Positions 21,332-30,444 are shown, numbered from the stretch's first letter. The stretch is DNA of 64,000 nucleotides from an uncultured Actinomycetes bacterium (GCA_963813435.1 CAWEYY010000002.1:554793-618792); one strand, 5' to 3'. Numbers and translations: made by a program. Notes: generated from the sequence alone by a model not told the origin.

Positions 21332-22327
21332 GTGATTCGACGGGGGCTGGTCATCGGGGTCGCGGCCGCGGCGTTGCTCGGCGTCGCCCCGGTCGCCCAG
21401 GCCGGGATCGCGGAGGTTCGGGACGGCCACGGGAACCTCGTCGGGAACGGCGGCCCGGGCACGTACGGAAGCGCCTACGACGCCGGCTGGACGCTCCGCT
21501 ACGACTACGCCAGCCGGACCACCCGAGGCGTCTCGCTGAGAGGAGTCTCGCTCGCGGGCGGCGCCGTCTACGCGGAGAGGGTCTTCGTCCCGGCTCACGG
21601 CCTGCGCGGTGCGCGCGTCCAGGGGCTCCGGGTGAACGGCCACGCCGTCGCCGCGCGGCCGAACGCGCTCGTCCCGCTCGACCCGGGGAGCTACCTCGTC
21701 GTCCTCCAGGAAGCGGTCGTTCCGGGCGAGGGGAGCGGGCTCGTCGGCCTGCGCCTGGTGGCCGGAGACGCCGCGCTCGGCCTCGATCCGGGAACCCAGG
21801 TGCTGGTCGGGCTGGCGCGCGCGGCCCAGCCGGCGACGCACCACCGGCAGGCGCGTCTCTCCTGGCTCGCGCTCGGAGTCTCGGGGCACAGCGCGGTGCC
21901 CATCCAGGACGTCGTCTGGCCCGAGCTGCTCGGCGTGCCGTCGAACGGGAGCACCGGCCTCAGAGCGGTCGCAATCGCCGAGCGCTACCTCGGCATCCCC
22001 TACCGCTGGGGCGGCGCCGCCCCGATCACCGGCTTCGACTGCTCGGGCTTGACGATGTACGTCTATGCCCAGCTCGGGATCGATCTCACGCACTACACCG
22101 GCTCCCAGTGGTACGAGGGCACGCGCGTCCCGCCCGACCAGCTCGAGCCGGGCGACCTCGTGTTCTTCCACCCGAGCCCCCGGGGCCCGCAGCACGAGGG
22201 GATGTACATCGGCGGCGGCCGCTTCATCCAGGCGCCGCACACGGGCGACGTCGTGAAGATCTCGTCGCTGAGCGAGCCGTCGTACCTGAACGGCTACGTC
22301 GGCGCCGTCAGGCCCGCGAAGCCCTAG
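21332..22327 (+). CDS. secreted NlpC/P60 (C40) cell-wall hydrolase
   Basis: 331 aa. Signal peptide (AAALLGVAPVAQA) and a C-terminal P60 domain (YRWGG...FDCSGL...H.GMYIG). Confidence 0.85.
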   Translation: MIRRGLVIGVAAAALLGVAPVAQAGIAEVRDGHGNLVGNGGPGTYGSAYDAGWTLRYDYASRTTRGVSLRGVSLAGGAVYAERVFVPAHGLRGARVQGLRVNGHAVAARPNALVPLDPGSYLVVLQEAVVPGEGSGLVGLRLVAGDAALGLDPGTQVLVGLARAAQPATHHRQARLSWLALGVSGHSAVPIQDVVWPELLGVPSNGSTGLRAVAIAERYLGIPYRWGGAAPITGFDCSGLTMYVYAQLGIDLTHYTGSQWYEGTRVPPDQLEPGDLVFFHPSPRGPQHEGMYIGGGRFIQAPHTGDVVKISSLSEPSYLNGYVGAVRPAKP

Positions 22328-25300
22328 CCGGTCGGAGCCCGCGCAGCTCGTCCCGCTCACGCGGGCGCGGCGCGGGGGCCTTGCCGACGAAGGCGAAGCC
22401 GCTGAACATCATCGCGATCCCGAGCAACTGCCCCGCGTAGACGAAGGAGTACGAGCCCGTGCGCGAGAGACCGGTGGCCAGCGCCACGACGATCGCGCCC
22501 GCGGCTATCCAGACGTTCGAGCGCACGCGCCGGCGGCGCACGATCGCGTACAGCGAGCCGCCGACGAGAAACACCGTCCCGAAGGTGTTCAGCGCGACCG
22601 CCCAGAGGAAGGCGTCGCCGCCGAGCGCGGCGTTCGGCGGCGGTCGCCCGTGCGGCGTGAGCGCGAGCGCGGTCGTGCTCACCGGGGCGAGCGCGACCGT
22701 GACGATCGCCGCGGCCGTCGCCACGGCGAGACCACCGAGGAGCAGGTCCCGTCCCCGCCTCGGGAGGAGCAGCCAGGCTGAGCCGGCTCCGAGGAACGCA
22801 ACGGTCAGCACGCCGCCCGCGAGGTAGTAGACCCGGAAGAGGCCGGGGGTCCAGCCGGCCCGCTGTGCAACCGCCTCGCAGGCCGCGGCGACCCCGAAGA
22901 GGAGGAAGCCGGTCGCCCAGAGCACCTTCTCGCCGGAGCGCCGCCGCCTGAGCGAGCGCAGGAGGAGAACGGCGAAGGCGATGGCGACGAGCGTCGCGCA
23001 GAGCGGCAGCAGGGCGTCGAGCACCGCGGGCGCCGTCGCGCCCGGTCGCGAGCTGATCGCGGTTACCGGAGAGCCGGCCGGGACGACCTCGAGGTAGGTG
23101 AAGTCCCGTCCTCCGAACATGCCCTCGTGGGTGGCGACGAACGAGTAGCGGCCCGGCGCCAGCGCGCGCGCGGGAGCCAGGGCCAGCTGCCGTGGCGTCG
23201 ACGTGCGCAGGAGGAGCGGAACCCGGCGCTGGCGGCCGAGGTCGTAGAGCTGGTACGCGCTCACCGAGTCGACGGCGGCCGCGCGGACGAGGATCGAGCC
23301 GATCTGCGACGCGTGCATGCGGAGCGAGTCCTGCGGGAACGACGTCTGCGGATCGCTCCAGCTGAAGAGCTTGACCGGTCCGCGCGCCGTGCTCACGAAC
23401 TGGCCGGTCACCTCGTTGGTCAGCCTCGGCTCGTAGGCGTAGCGGACGGTGCTGCCGCCCACCCCTGCGACCGCCGGCACGAACGGGATCGCCACCAGCA
23501 GCAGGGCCAGCACGCCGAAGCCGATCGAGACGCGGGTCCGGTAGCTCTCGACACGCCGCGTGCGGCCGCGCGGCGGACGCCCTTCGAGCCTCGCCCGCCG
23601 TCGCGCCTGCGCCCAGTAGAGCGCAGCCGAGGAGACCACGGCCATCACCGGGAGCCAGACGAGCTCGACTCCCCACCCCACGCCGCGCAGCGGGCCACGG
23701 CCGTACGGACTGAAGGCGACCGGGATGATCGCCCAGGTGATCGCCGGGCCGGCCATCAGCAGAATCGAGGCCATGAGCGGGAAGCCCGCGAACAGCCAGC
23801 CGACTCCCGGGAACCCCATCAGCCCGAGCGGGAGCTCGTAGCCGGCGAGAGCCGCGGGACTGCGCCGGCGTACGCGGCGCGGGATCGTCCCGCTGTAGAT
23901 GCGTGGCACCGCCGCGATCGCCTGTCGTCCCTCCACGCGCTGACGCTCCGTCATCCGCCAGGCGGCACTCGCGAAGGAGGCGAACCCGATCAGGACCGCG
24001 AGCGCCGCGGGTACGAGGACGAGCGATTCCCAGGGCTCGAGCGCCGAGACCGCGGCCGCGAACGAGCGCCCCGCCGCGACCCGGTGGGCCTCGACCGCCG
24101 AGAAGGAGACGCCGGCCACGTAGTACGCGGCAACCCCGAGAGGCACGAAGACCAGCACGAGCCGGGCTCGCCGCGCCGGCCAGCGAGCTCCGAGCAGCTG
24201 GAGCGAGCCGAGCGCCAGGCCGGCCAGCAGCATCATCAGCCCGCCGAGCATGTTCAGCTGGGCGTGCAGGTTGACGATCACGTCCCCGGCCTCCCCGCCG
24301 CGGTCGAGCGCCTCGTTCACGAACGGCAGCGCCTGCACCGGTCCCTGCAGCGTCCCGATCGCGAGCGCGGCGCAGCCGACGAGCACGAACGGCCGCACCA
24401 GGCTCCGCGAGCGAAGGACGGAGCGGACGCTCGTCGCGAGCAGCAGCCAGAAAGCCGCGAACATCGCGATTCCCGCGCCCATGATCAGGTACGGGTGGAG
24501 CGGAGTCGCCTCCTCGGCCGCCTCGGGGGTCAGGCCGTGGTGGACCACCAGCCCGCCCTCGTGGAAACCGAGGTAGAGCGTCGAGAAGTAGAAGGCCAGC
24601 GACCCACCGAGGAGCGCGTAGAAGCACGTGTCGGCAAGGCGGCGAGAGGGCGCGGTTCCACCGAGCGCCTGTACGAGCGCGAACAGGGAGCCCGCGACGA
24701 GCATCGTCAGCCCGGTCACGAGATTGATGTGCGCATGACTGATCGGGTCGATCCACTCGCCCGCGTGGCCCGCTTTGTAGAGCCAGTCCGCGTTGGCGGG
24801 CTGCACCTGGATCACGCCCTGCACGGTCCCCACGGTCAGCGCCGCAGCACCCGTGGCGAAGTACTTCCAGAGGTGCCACTGCGGCTTCGGCACGCGGACG
24901 AGCCGTGACTGGAAGATCGTGAGGGCGACGTTGCTGGCGAAGCACCAGTAGCCGAGGCCCATCACGCCCGCGCCCATCCCGGTGGGCACCTTGTACCAGC
25001 GTCCCAGGTGCTCCTTCGCGGCCGGATACGTCGACCCGTGCTCGATCAGATGGCCCATCGCGATCCCGTTCCCGATCAGCGAGACGTAGAAGACGAGCAG
25101 GCCGACGACCGTGAACCAGAAGGCGCACTGCGCGAGCCCCTCGCTCGTCAGCGGCCGCCCCACGATCCGCGGGAGGACGAGCCAGCAGAGCCCGGTCGCG
25201 AGCAGCGTGCCCCCGCCGACGATCATCACGTGCGTGTTCGAGAGGTCGCGGACCAGGTGGCCCGCGTAGCCGGTGCGGGCGAGGTATTCGGCGAGCCAGG

Positions 25301-25529
25301 GCACGTTCTTGACGACCATGTGCAGGCTCCCGAGAACGAGGAAGAGCGCGCCGGCGAGGAAGTACTTCGCCGTCTTCGGGTCGTGCGCATGGAGCTCTTC
25401 GTCCGGGTAGGGCGTCTCGCGTACCGGCGGCGCGCGGCCCGGCACGAACCTGCAGATCGCCGCGACGACGACCGCGAAGAAGGCGACGTACGTCAGGAAC
25501 TGGAGCGAGGAGAGGTGCTGGACCCACAT
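22308..25529 (-). CDS. divergent haem-copper-oxidase (CcoN/NorB-like) domain fused to a ~600-aa multi-TM C-terminal region
   Basis: 1073 aa. The N-terminal ~470 aa aligns by eye to the CcoN at 28134-29660 (NTHVMIV...LPRIVGRP; SHAHINLV; VVHHG; NLHAQLNMLGG). The rest is about 12 TM helices plus a ~150-aa soluble insert. Confidence 0.7.
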   Translation of the reverse strand: MWVQHLSSLQFLTYVAFFAVVVAAICRFVPGRAPPVRETPYPDEELHAHDPKTAKYFLAGALFLVLGSLHMVVKNVPWLAEYLARTGYAGHLVRDLSNTHVMIVGGGTLLATGLCWLVLPRIVGRPLTSEGLAQCAFWFTVVGLLVFYVSLIGNGIAMGHLIEHGSTYPAAKEHLGRWYKVPTGMGAGVMGLGYWCFASNVALTIFQSRLVRVPKPQWHLWKYFATGAAALTVGTVQGVIQVQPANADWLYKAGHAGEWIDPISHAHINLVTGLTMLVAGSLFALVQALGGTAPSRRLADTCFYALLGGSLAFYFSTLYLGFHEGGLVVHHGLTPEAAEEATPLHPYLIMGAGIAMFAAFWLLLATSVRSVLRSRSLVRPFVLVGCAALAIGTLQGPVQALPFVNEALDRGGEAGDVIVNLHAQLNMLGGLMMLLAGLALGSLQLLGARWPARRARLVLVFVPLGVAAYYVAGVSFSAVEAHRVAAGRSFAAAVSALEPWESLVLVPAALAVLIGFASFASAAWRMTERQRVEGRQAIAAVPRIYSGTIPRRVRRRSPAALAGYELPLGLMGFPGVGWLFAGFPLMASILLMAGPAITWAIIPVAFSPYGRGPLRGVGWGVELVWLPVMAVVSSAALYWAQARRRARLEGRPPRGRTRRVESYRTRVSIGFGVLALLLVAIPFVPAVAGVGGSTVRYAYEPRLTNEVTGQFVSTARGPVKLFSWSDPQTSFPQDSLRMHASQIGSILVRAAAVDSVSAYQLYDLGRQRRVPLLLRTSTPRQLALAPARALAPGRYSFVATHEGMFGGRDFTYLEVVPAGSPVTAISSRPGATAPAVLDALLPLCATLVAIAFAVLLLRSLRRRRSGEKVLWATGFLLFGVAAACEAVAQRAGWTPGLFRVYYLAGGVLTVAFLGAGSAWLLLPRRGRDLLLGGLAVATAAAIVTVALAPVSTTALALTPHGRPPPNAALGGDAFLWAVALNTFGTVFLVGGSLYAIVRRRRVRSNVWIAAGAIVVALATGLSRTGSYSFVYAGQLLGIAMMFSGFAFVGKAPAPRPRERDELRGLRPARASRA

Positions 25530-25543
25530 CCCGCTAGCCCCGG

Positions 25544-25735
25544 TTACCGGAGGCCGGGCTCGAGGAAGTAGATCGTCAGGGTCACGGCGAAGTAGACGAC
25601 CGCGATCACAGCCAGGATGATCCAGGAGCGGACGACGGCCTGGCGCGAGTGGCGGTCCTCCTCCCCGCCGATGTCGCGGTAGCCGGCGAGCGGACGGGCG
25701 GGGCGGGGCTCTTGCGGAACGGGAGCCTCGCTCAT
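25544..25735 (-). CDS. small single-TM protein
   Basis: 63 aa with a C-terminal TM (SWIILAVIAVVYFAVTLTIYF). Tightly packed within the operon. Confidence 0.45.
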   Translation of the reverse strand: MSEAPVPQEPRPARPLAGYRDIGGEEDRHSRQAVVRSWIILAVIAVVYFAVTLTIYFLEPGLR

Positions 25736-26068
25736 CTAGAACACCTTCTCCAGGACGCGTGTCGGCTCGGCGCGGATGTCGGCCACGTCACCGAGCATCC
25801 GCTCGAACGTGTAACCCCGCTCGAGGAATGCCTCGAGCTGCTCGGGCGTGTCCCAGGTCGTGTAGCAGTGGACGCGGACGCCGCCGTCCTCTATGGCGAC
25901 GAACGCCTCGAGCTTCTGGCAGCCGGGGTACTCCTGGACGTGCCCCTTGAGCGCCTGCATCGAGGCGTAGACGCTCGGCCACGCCTCCATCGGCACCTGA
26001 GCGACGGTCGCCGACGACCATGCCACGTAGGGCAGCGCCGATGGGACAGGGACCTCTGCGGCGGCCAT
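25736..26068 (-). CDS. ABM/Dabb-like (antibiotic-biosynthesis-monooxygenase fold) protein
   Basis: 110 aa from MAAAEVPV. Pattern LEAFVAIEDGGVRVHCYTTWDTPEQLEAFL. ATGA overlap with the upstream gene. Confidence 0.55.
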   Translation of the reverse strand: MAAAEVPVPSALPYVAWSSATVAQVPMEAWPSVYASMQALKGHVQEYPGCQKLEAFVAIEDGGVRVHCYTTWDTPEQLEAFLERGYTFERMLGDVADIRAEPTRVLEKVF

Positions 26069-26415
26069 CAGAACTTCTGTCCCCAGACGATGTGGCCGAC
26101 GATCAGCACCGCCGCCCAGGCTGTCAGGACCCCGGTCAGAACCAGGAAGAAGACCGTCGCAGGCCCGGCCGTCTCCGTCGTGTATCCGCCGAAGCTGTCC
26201 GCCGGATAGATCCGTTCCCGCTGGCGGGTCGATCGGTACTGGTGGATCCACCAGAGGGTGGCGATCACGAGCACGATCACGAAGCCCCAGAGCCAGGCGA
26301 GGTCGATCCAGTGGACGTGCCAGGTGTCCGGCCGGTACATCGTCTCCTGGTGGCCCTGGAGGTACTTGTAGTACTGCTGCGCCTTCTCGGGCGACTCGCC
26401 GCTAGGCATCCCCAT
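26068..26415 (-). CDS. two-TM membrane protein
   Basis: About 115 aa from MGMPSGESPEK, with two hydrophobic helices. The track ORF extends to 26562. Confidence 0.45.
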   Translation of the reverse strand: MGMPSGESPEKAQQYYKYLQGHQETMYRPDTWHVHWIDLAWLWGFVIVLVIATLWWIHQYRSTRQRERIYPADSFGGYTTETAGPATVFFLVLTGVLTAWAAVLIVGHIVWGQKF

Positions 26416-26713
26416 CGGCCCACTCCTCCTCGTCGAGCGCCCACTCGGGCGTGTAGTAGTCCTCCTCCTCCACCAGGAGCGGGATTCCTCCCATCCGGTC
26501 GAGCTCCTGGAAATGGCCCGCCTTCCAGGCCGCCAGGAACGCGACGAGCGCGAGCCCGGCAAAGATGAAGAACGTGTCCATCATCCAGTCGGCCATCACC
26601 CAGCGCGACTGCTTGCTCTCCGGCGCTTCGTGCGCGAGCGCCAGGGCGGGCCAGCCGAGGGCCATGACCGCCGCCAGGACGAGCGTGGCTGCGAGAAGCC
26701 TCAGGCGGCTCAC
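26402..26713 (-). CDS. small exported or membrane protein with an acidic C-terminus
   Basis: 103 aa. GTG in a GTGA overlap with the upstream gene. Signal-like N-terminus, one TM, then an EEEDYY...DEEEWADGDA tail. Confidence 0.45.
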   Translation of the reverse strand: MSRLRLLAATLVLAAVMALGWPALALAHEAPESKQSRWVMADWMMDTFFIFAGLALVAFLAAWKAGHFQELDRMGGIPLLVEEEDYYTPEWALDEEEWADGDA

Positions 26714-28134
26714 TGCTGCCCCGGCACGGTCGGCGGGACGTCCTTCTGGGCGGCGGGCGGAAGCTTCTCTCCCCTGGCGCGCGCGTCGGCCCAGGCGCGG
26801 TTGAGCATGTCCTCGTAGATCGACCTGATCCCCGCGGCCGCCGTCCCGAGCGAGAGCGGTGTGTGGGCCTTGTCGTTCAGCACCAGGTGGTCGCCCGGCG
26901 AGAGCCCTGGGAACACGGCCTCCGCCTCTTTGATGAACGGGTCGTTCGCCTGCTTCTTGTCGAACTGGACGTTGTTGGCGAGCTTCTGGCGCGTGTTCGT
27001 CCACGCCAGCAGCTCAGGCGAGGGTTGCCAGACGATGTAGTCCTTCGGCTCGGGCACCCGGTTGGCAGCGAGGGTCCCATTCGGGATCGTCTTGACGAAC
27101 AACACGACGCGCCAGATGTCGTTGACGGAGAGTCGGTCGCCGAAGTTCTCCATCGCCGTGCCAGACCAGCCGCGGAGGATCCGGTAGTAGAAGTCGCCAG
27201 GCCCGGTGTCACCGCCGCAGCAGGCGTCGTCCTTGTCGGTGAAGTCGGCCGGCGTCGGCGAGAGGAACGGTGCGGCCGGGCCCTTCCCGTCGCCGTTGAG
27301 ACCGTGGCAGCCGATGCAACGGTCGAGGAAGACCTCCTTGCCGCGGAAGAGGTTTTGCTCCGTCACAGGCAGCGGGTTTCCCGCGAGCCAGTAGCCTCGC
27401 TCGATCTGGGAGAGGTTGGGCGCCTCCTCGAGCTGGTCCTTCGGCGGATCCAGGCTCGCATCGTCCGGCTCCAGCGGTTTCTTGTGCGCCGCATTGAACC
27501 CGCGGTACGGCGGCGGGAAGCCCTGGTTGACGAGCACGACGTGCTTGGCGTAGAGCTGGCCGGCGTAGCGGAGCAGCCCGGACTTGCCGCTGCGCTGCTC
27601 GACGTACGAGATCACCTGGTTCACCTGCTGGTTCGAGAAGAGCGACTTCATGTCCGGCATGAGCGAGCGCGGGTCGACGAAGCGCGGATCCCAGAAGTGC
27701 GCGGACTGCCAGTCGTCCGGATGCCAGCCCGACTCCTGCGAGAGGTCGGGCCCGGTTCGCTCGGTTCCGAGGATGTTCGGCGACTGGTCGCTCCCGTAGA
27801 AGTCGCCAGGCTGGGAGACCTTCGGGTAGAGGAAGTAGAGCGCCTCGCGCACGTCCTGCGGCCGCGAGTAGCCGGAGTGGCAGACGTAGCAGCCGTTCTG
27901 GGCGAACAGGTTCCGTCCCTTGAGCGCCACGCTCGAGAGCGGAGCCCAGTCCGCCGAGGCCGGCGGATCGAACGTGTGGATCGGAAGCCAGACGACGATT
28001 CCAACGACGCAGAAGAACGCGAGCAGCCCGCCCACGCCCGCCATCAGCGGCGTGATCAGCATGCGCTCCTTGGGATGCCGCGACCACCCGCGGGGCAGCG
28101 GCTGCGGCGGCTCGCCCCTGCGCTCGTCGGCCAT
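26710..28134 (-). CDS. ccoO: cbb3-type oxidase subunit CcoO fused to a second monohaem cytochrome c domain
   Basis: 474 aa. FixO-like N-terminal half (CYVCHS, GTERTGPDL, SLMPDM) and a C-terminal CIGCH domain. Confidence 0.8.
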   Translation of the reverse strand: MADERRGEPPQPLPRGWSRHPKERMLITPLMAGVGGLLAFFCVVGIVVWLPIHTFDPPASADWAPLSSVALKGRNLFAQNGCYVCHSGYSRPQDVREALYFLYPKVSQPGDFYGSDQSPNILGTERTGPDLSQESGWHPDDWQSAHFWDPRFVDPRSLMPDMKSLFSNQQVNQVISYVEQRSGKSGLLRYAGQLYAKHVVLVNQGFPPPYRGFNAAHKKPLEPDDASLDPPKDQLEEAPNLSQIERGYWLAGNPLPVTEQNLFRGKEVFLDRCIGCHGLNGDGKGPAAPFLSPTPADFTDKDDACCGGDTGPGDFYYRILRGWSGTAMENFGDRLSVNDIWRVVLFVKTIPNGTLAANRVPEPKDYIVWQPSPELLAWTNTRQKLANNVQFDKKQANDPFIKEAEAVFPGLSPGDHLVLNDKAHTPLSLGTAAAGIRSIYEDMLNRAWADARARGEKLPPAAQKDVPPTVPGQQ

Positions 28135-29660
28135 CAGCCGGCGACGGGTGGAGGCGCCATCATCTCGGCCACCCTCAGGGTCTCCTGCCTCCGGCGCTCA
28201 CCCGTGTTGCTGTAGATCGTCATCCCGATGTTGACGATCTGGACGATCCCGGAGACGACGATCATCGCGCCGAAGATCCCGCGCGCGATGTAGTACGCGT
28301 GCAGCTGCGGCAGGACGTTCACCTCGGGGATCCCGTCCTGCCAGGCGAAGCCCTGCTGGAAGCCGGCCAACGTGAGCACGCTGAAGAAGCCGGTGAAGCC
28401 GACCGTGACGAGCCAGTACTGCCACTCGGAAAGGCTCCGGCTGAATAAGGGTCGCTGGTAGATCTGGGCGACGATGTAGTCGATCACGCCCATGCCGAGG
28501 ATCGTGAAGGCGCCGAGCAGGGCCAGATGCGCGTGGGCGACGACGAAGTTCGTGAAGTGCGTCAGCTTGTTGAACGGCTGGATCGCCTCGAACGCGCCCT
28601 GGATGTTGACGAGGAAGTAGAAGAAGAAGGCGGTCATCGTGAAGCGCAGGGGGAGGTTCGTGAAGAACCGATCCCAGTTGCCCTTCATCGTCCCGAGGAT
28701 GTTGATCGTGAACGCGAAGACCGGGACCAGCAGCATCCAGGACGAGACCTGGGCGATCGTCTTCAGCCACGCCGGCGTGGGTGACTGGAGAATGTGGTGG
28801 TCGCCCACGCCCGTGTAGAAGAACGCCATCCCCCAGAAGGAGACGAGCGAGAGCGTGTAGCTGTACAGGGGGGTGTTCGTCACCCGCGGGACGATGTAGT
28901 ACGTCAGCGCGAGCAGCATCGGTGTCAGCCACAGCCCGAACAGGTTGTGGGCGTACCACCAGTTGAGGATCGCGTCGGACAGGCTCGAGTTGAGGGCGCC
29001 GGAGGTCGCGCCCCAGACGTTCCCCGGGTGCCAGATCACGTTACCGATCGCGTAGTCGACCGCGAGCCAGAGCGGGCTGGCGATGAAGAACCAGACAGAG
29101 ACGTAGATCGGCCTGATCGTCCGGATCGAGACCGTCGCCAGGATGTTGACGATGTTGCCGCACCAGATGACGAGCAGAGCGATGTCGATCGGCCAGATGA
29201 ACTCGGCGTACTCGCGGCCCTGACTGTGGCCTGTGAGCAGGCCGATGATCCCGAGCAGGTACATCAGGTTCCAGGCCCAGGCGCAGATGACGCCGAGCCG
29301 CTCGCTCCACATCCCGCGCGTGCCCACGAGGCGCGGGAGCATGTAGAAGAGCGCGCCGAAGTACATCATCGTGAGCCAGGCGAGGATCACGCCGTTCACG
29401 TGCGACGGGCGGATCCGGCTGAACTGGAGCCACGAGATCCCGCCGAAGGCCTCGGGAGTGACGAACTCGGTCGCGAGAACGAGTCCGAAGAGGTCGACGA
29501 CGGTCAGCCAGATGATCGACGAGAGGATCCAGTGCCTCGCCGCCCGGTCCGGGAAGGGCGCGGGACCCGATGCTCGCTCCGTCAGGGGCGCAGGCGCATC
29601 CGGCGTAATCGCGCCCGGCTCCAGCGGACGATCCCGCTCGAGGGTCCCCTCGCCGGCCAT
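28134..29660 (-). CDS. ccoN: cbb3-type cytochrome c oxidase subunit I
   Basis: 508 aa, 12+ TM. Ligand motifs SHVNG, WWYAHN, GDHH and VAHAHLALLG. Confidence 0.9.
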   Translation of the reverse strand: MAGEGTLERDRPLEPGAITPDAPAPLTERASGPAPFPDRAARHWILSSIIWLTVVDLFGLVLATEFVTPEAFGGISWLQFSRIRPSHVNGVILAWLTMMYFGALFYMLPRLVGTRGMWSERLGVICAWAWNLMYLLGIIGLLTGHSQGREYAEFIWPIDIALLVIWCGNIVNILATVSIRTIRPIYVSVWFFIASPLWLAVDYAIGNVIWHPGNVWGATSGALNSSLSDAILNWWYAHNLFGLWLTPMLLALTYYIVPRVTNTPLYSYTLSLVSFWGMAFFYTGVGDHHILQSPTPAWLKTIAQVSSWMLLVPVFAFTINILGTMKGNWDRFFTNLPLRFTMTAFFFYFLVNIQGAFEAIQPFNKLTHFTNFVVAHAHLALLGAFTILGMGVIDYIVAQIYQRPLFSRSLSEWQYWLVTVGFTGFFSVLTLAGFQQGFAWQDGIPEVNVLPQLHAYYIARGIFGAMIVVSGIVQIVNIGMTIYSNTGERRRQETLRVAEMMAPPPVAG

Positions 29661-29702
29661 TGCGGGCGACCATAGGAAAGCGCCCGCCGTGACGCGCGCG
29701 AG

Positions 29703-29740
29703 ATGACGAAACTGTCATCCACGCGTCATTTCCAGGTCAT
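29703..29740. promoter_or_regulatory. ATGAC-N6-GTCAT-N6-GTCAT-N6-GTCAT repeat array with 11-bp phasing
   Basis: Pentamers at 29703, 29714, 29725 and 29736, within the 115-bp divergent region between ccoN and the OmpR-family regulator. Confidence 0.5.
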
Positions 29741-29775
29741 CTCGACTGCGTTAGGGTCCGCAGGCAGGGAGGTTT

Positions 29776-30444
29776 ATGCGCATCCTGGTCATCGAGGACG
29801 AGCCGCGGATCCGGGCCTTCCTTTCGCGCGGCCTCGAGGCGGAGGGCTTCAGCGTCGACGGCGCAGGCGATGGTGCGGCGGGGGTCGAGCAGGCGGCACG
29901 GCGGCGCTACGACCTCGTGATCCTCGACCTGCTCCTGCCGAAGCTCGACGGTCTCTCGGTGTTGCGGGAGCTGCAGCGCGAGCGACCCGAGCTCCCCGTC
30001 GTGATCGTCTCGGCCCGCTCGGACCTCGACACCAAGCTCCGCGGGTTCGGGCTCGGCGCCTGCGACTACCTCTCGAAGCCGTTCTCGTTCGACGAGCTGC
30101 TCGCGCGAGTGCGGGCACAGCTGCGACGTGGGCGGCCGGGCGAGAGCGGGACGGTCGTGCGCGCGGGGACGCTGTCGCTCGACGTCGCGCGCCGCCAGGC
30201 TCGCCTGGGCGACGTGGTCGCCGAGCTCTCAGACCGGGAGTTCCGCCTCCTCCACCACCTGGTCCTGCACGAAGGGGAGGTCGTGAGCCGCGAGCGGCTG
30301 CTCGCCGACGTCTGGGGCTACCACTTCGACCCGCGCTCGAACGTCGTCGACGTCTGCATCCGACGGCTGCGGCAGAAGCTAGGCGCGCAGGCGCCGATCG
30401 AGACCGTGCGGCATGGGGGCTATCGACTGACGGCGGCGGCCTAG
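29776..30444 (+). CDS. OmpR-family response regulator
   Basis: 222 aa. MRILVIEDE receiver and a winged-helix C-terminus (LSDREFRLLHHL...TVRHGGYRL). Confidence 0.9.
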   Translation: MRILVIEDEPRIRAFLSRGLEAEGFSVDGAGDGAAGVEQAARRRYDLVILDLLLPKLDGLSVLRELQRERPELPVVIVSARSDLDTKLRGFGLGACDYLSKPFSFDELLARVRAQLRRGRPGESGTVVRAGTLSLDVARRQARLGDVVAELSDREFRLLHHLVLHEGEVVSRERLLADVWGYHFDPRSNVVDVCIRRLRQKLGAQAPIETVRHGGYRLTAAA

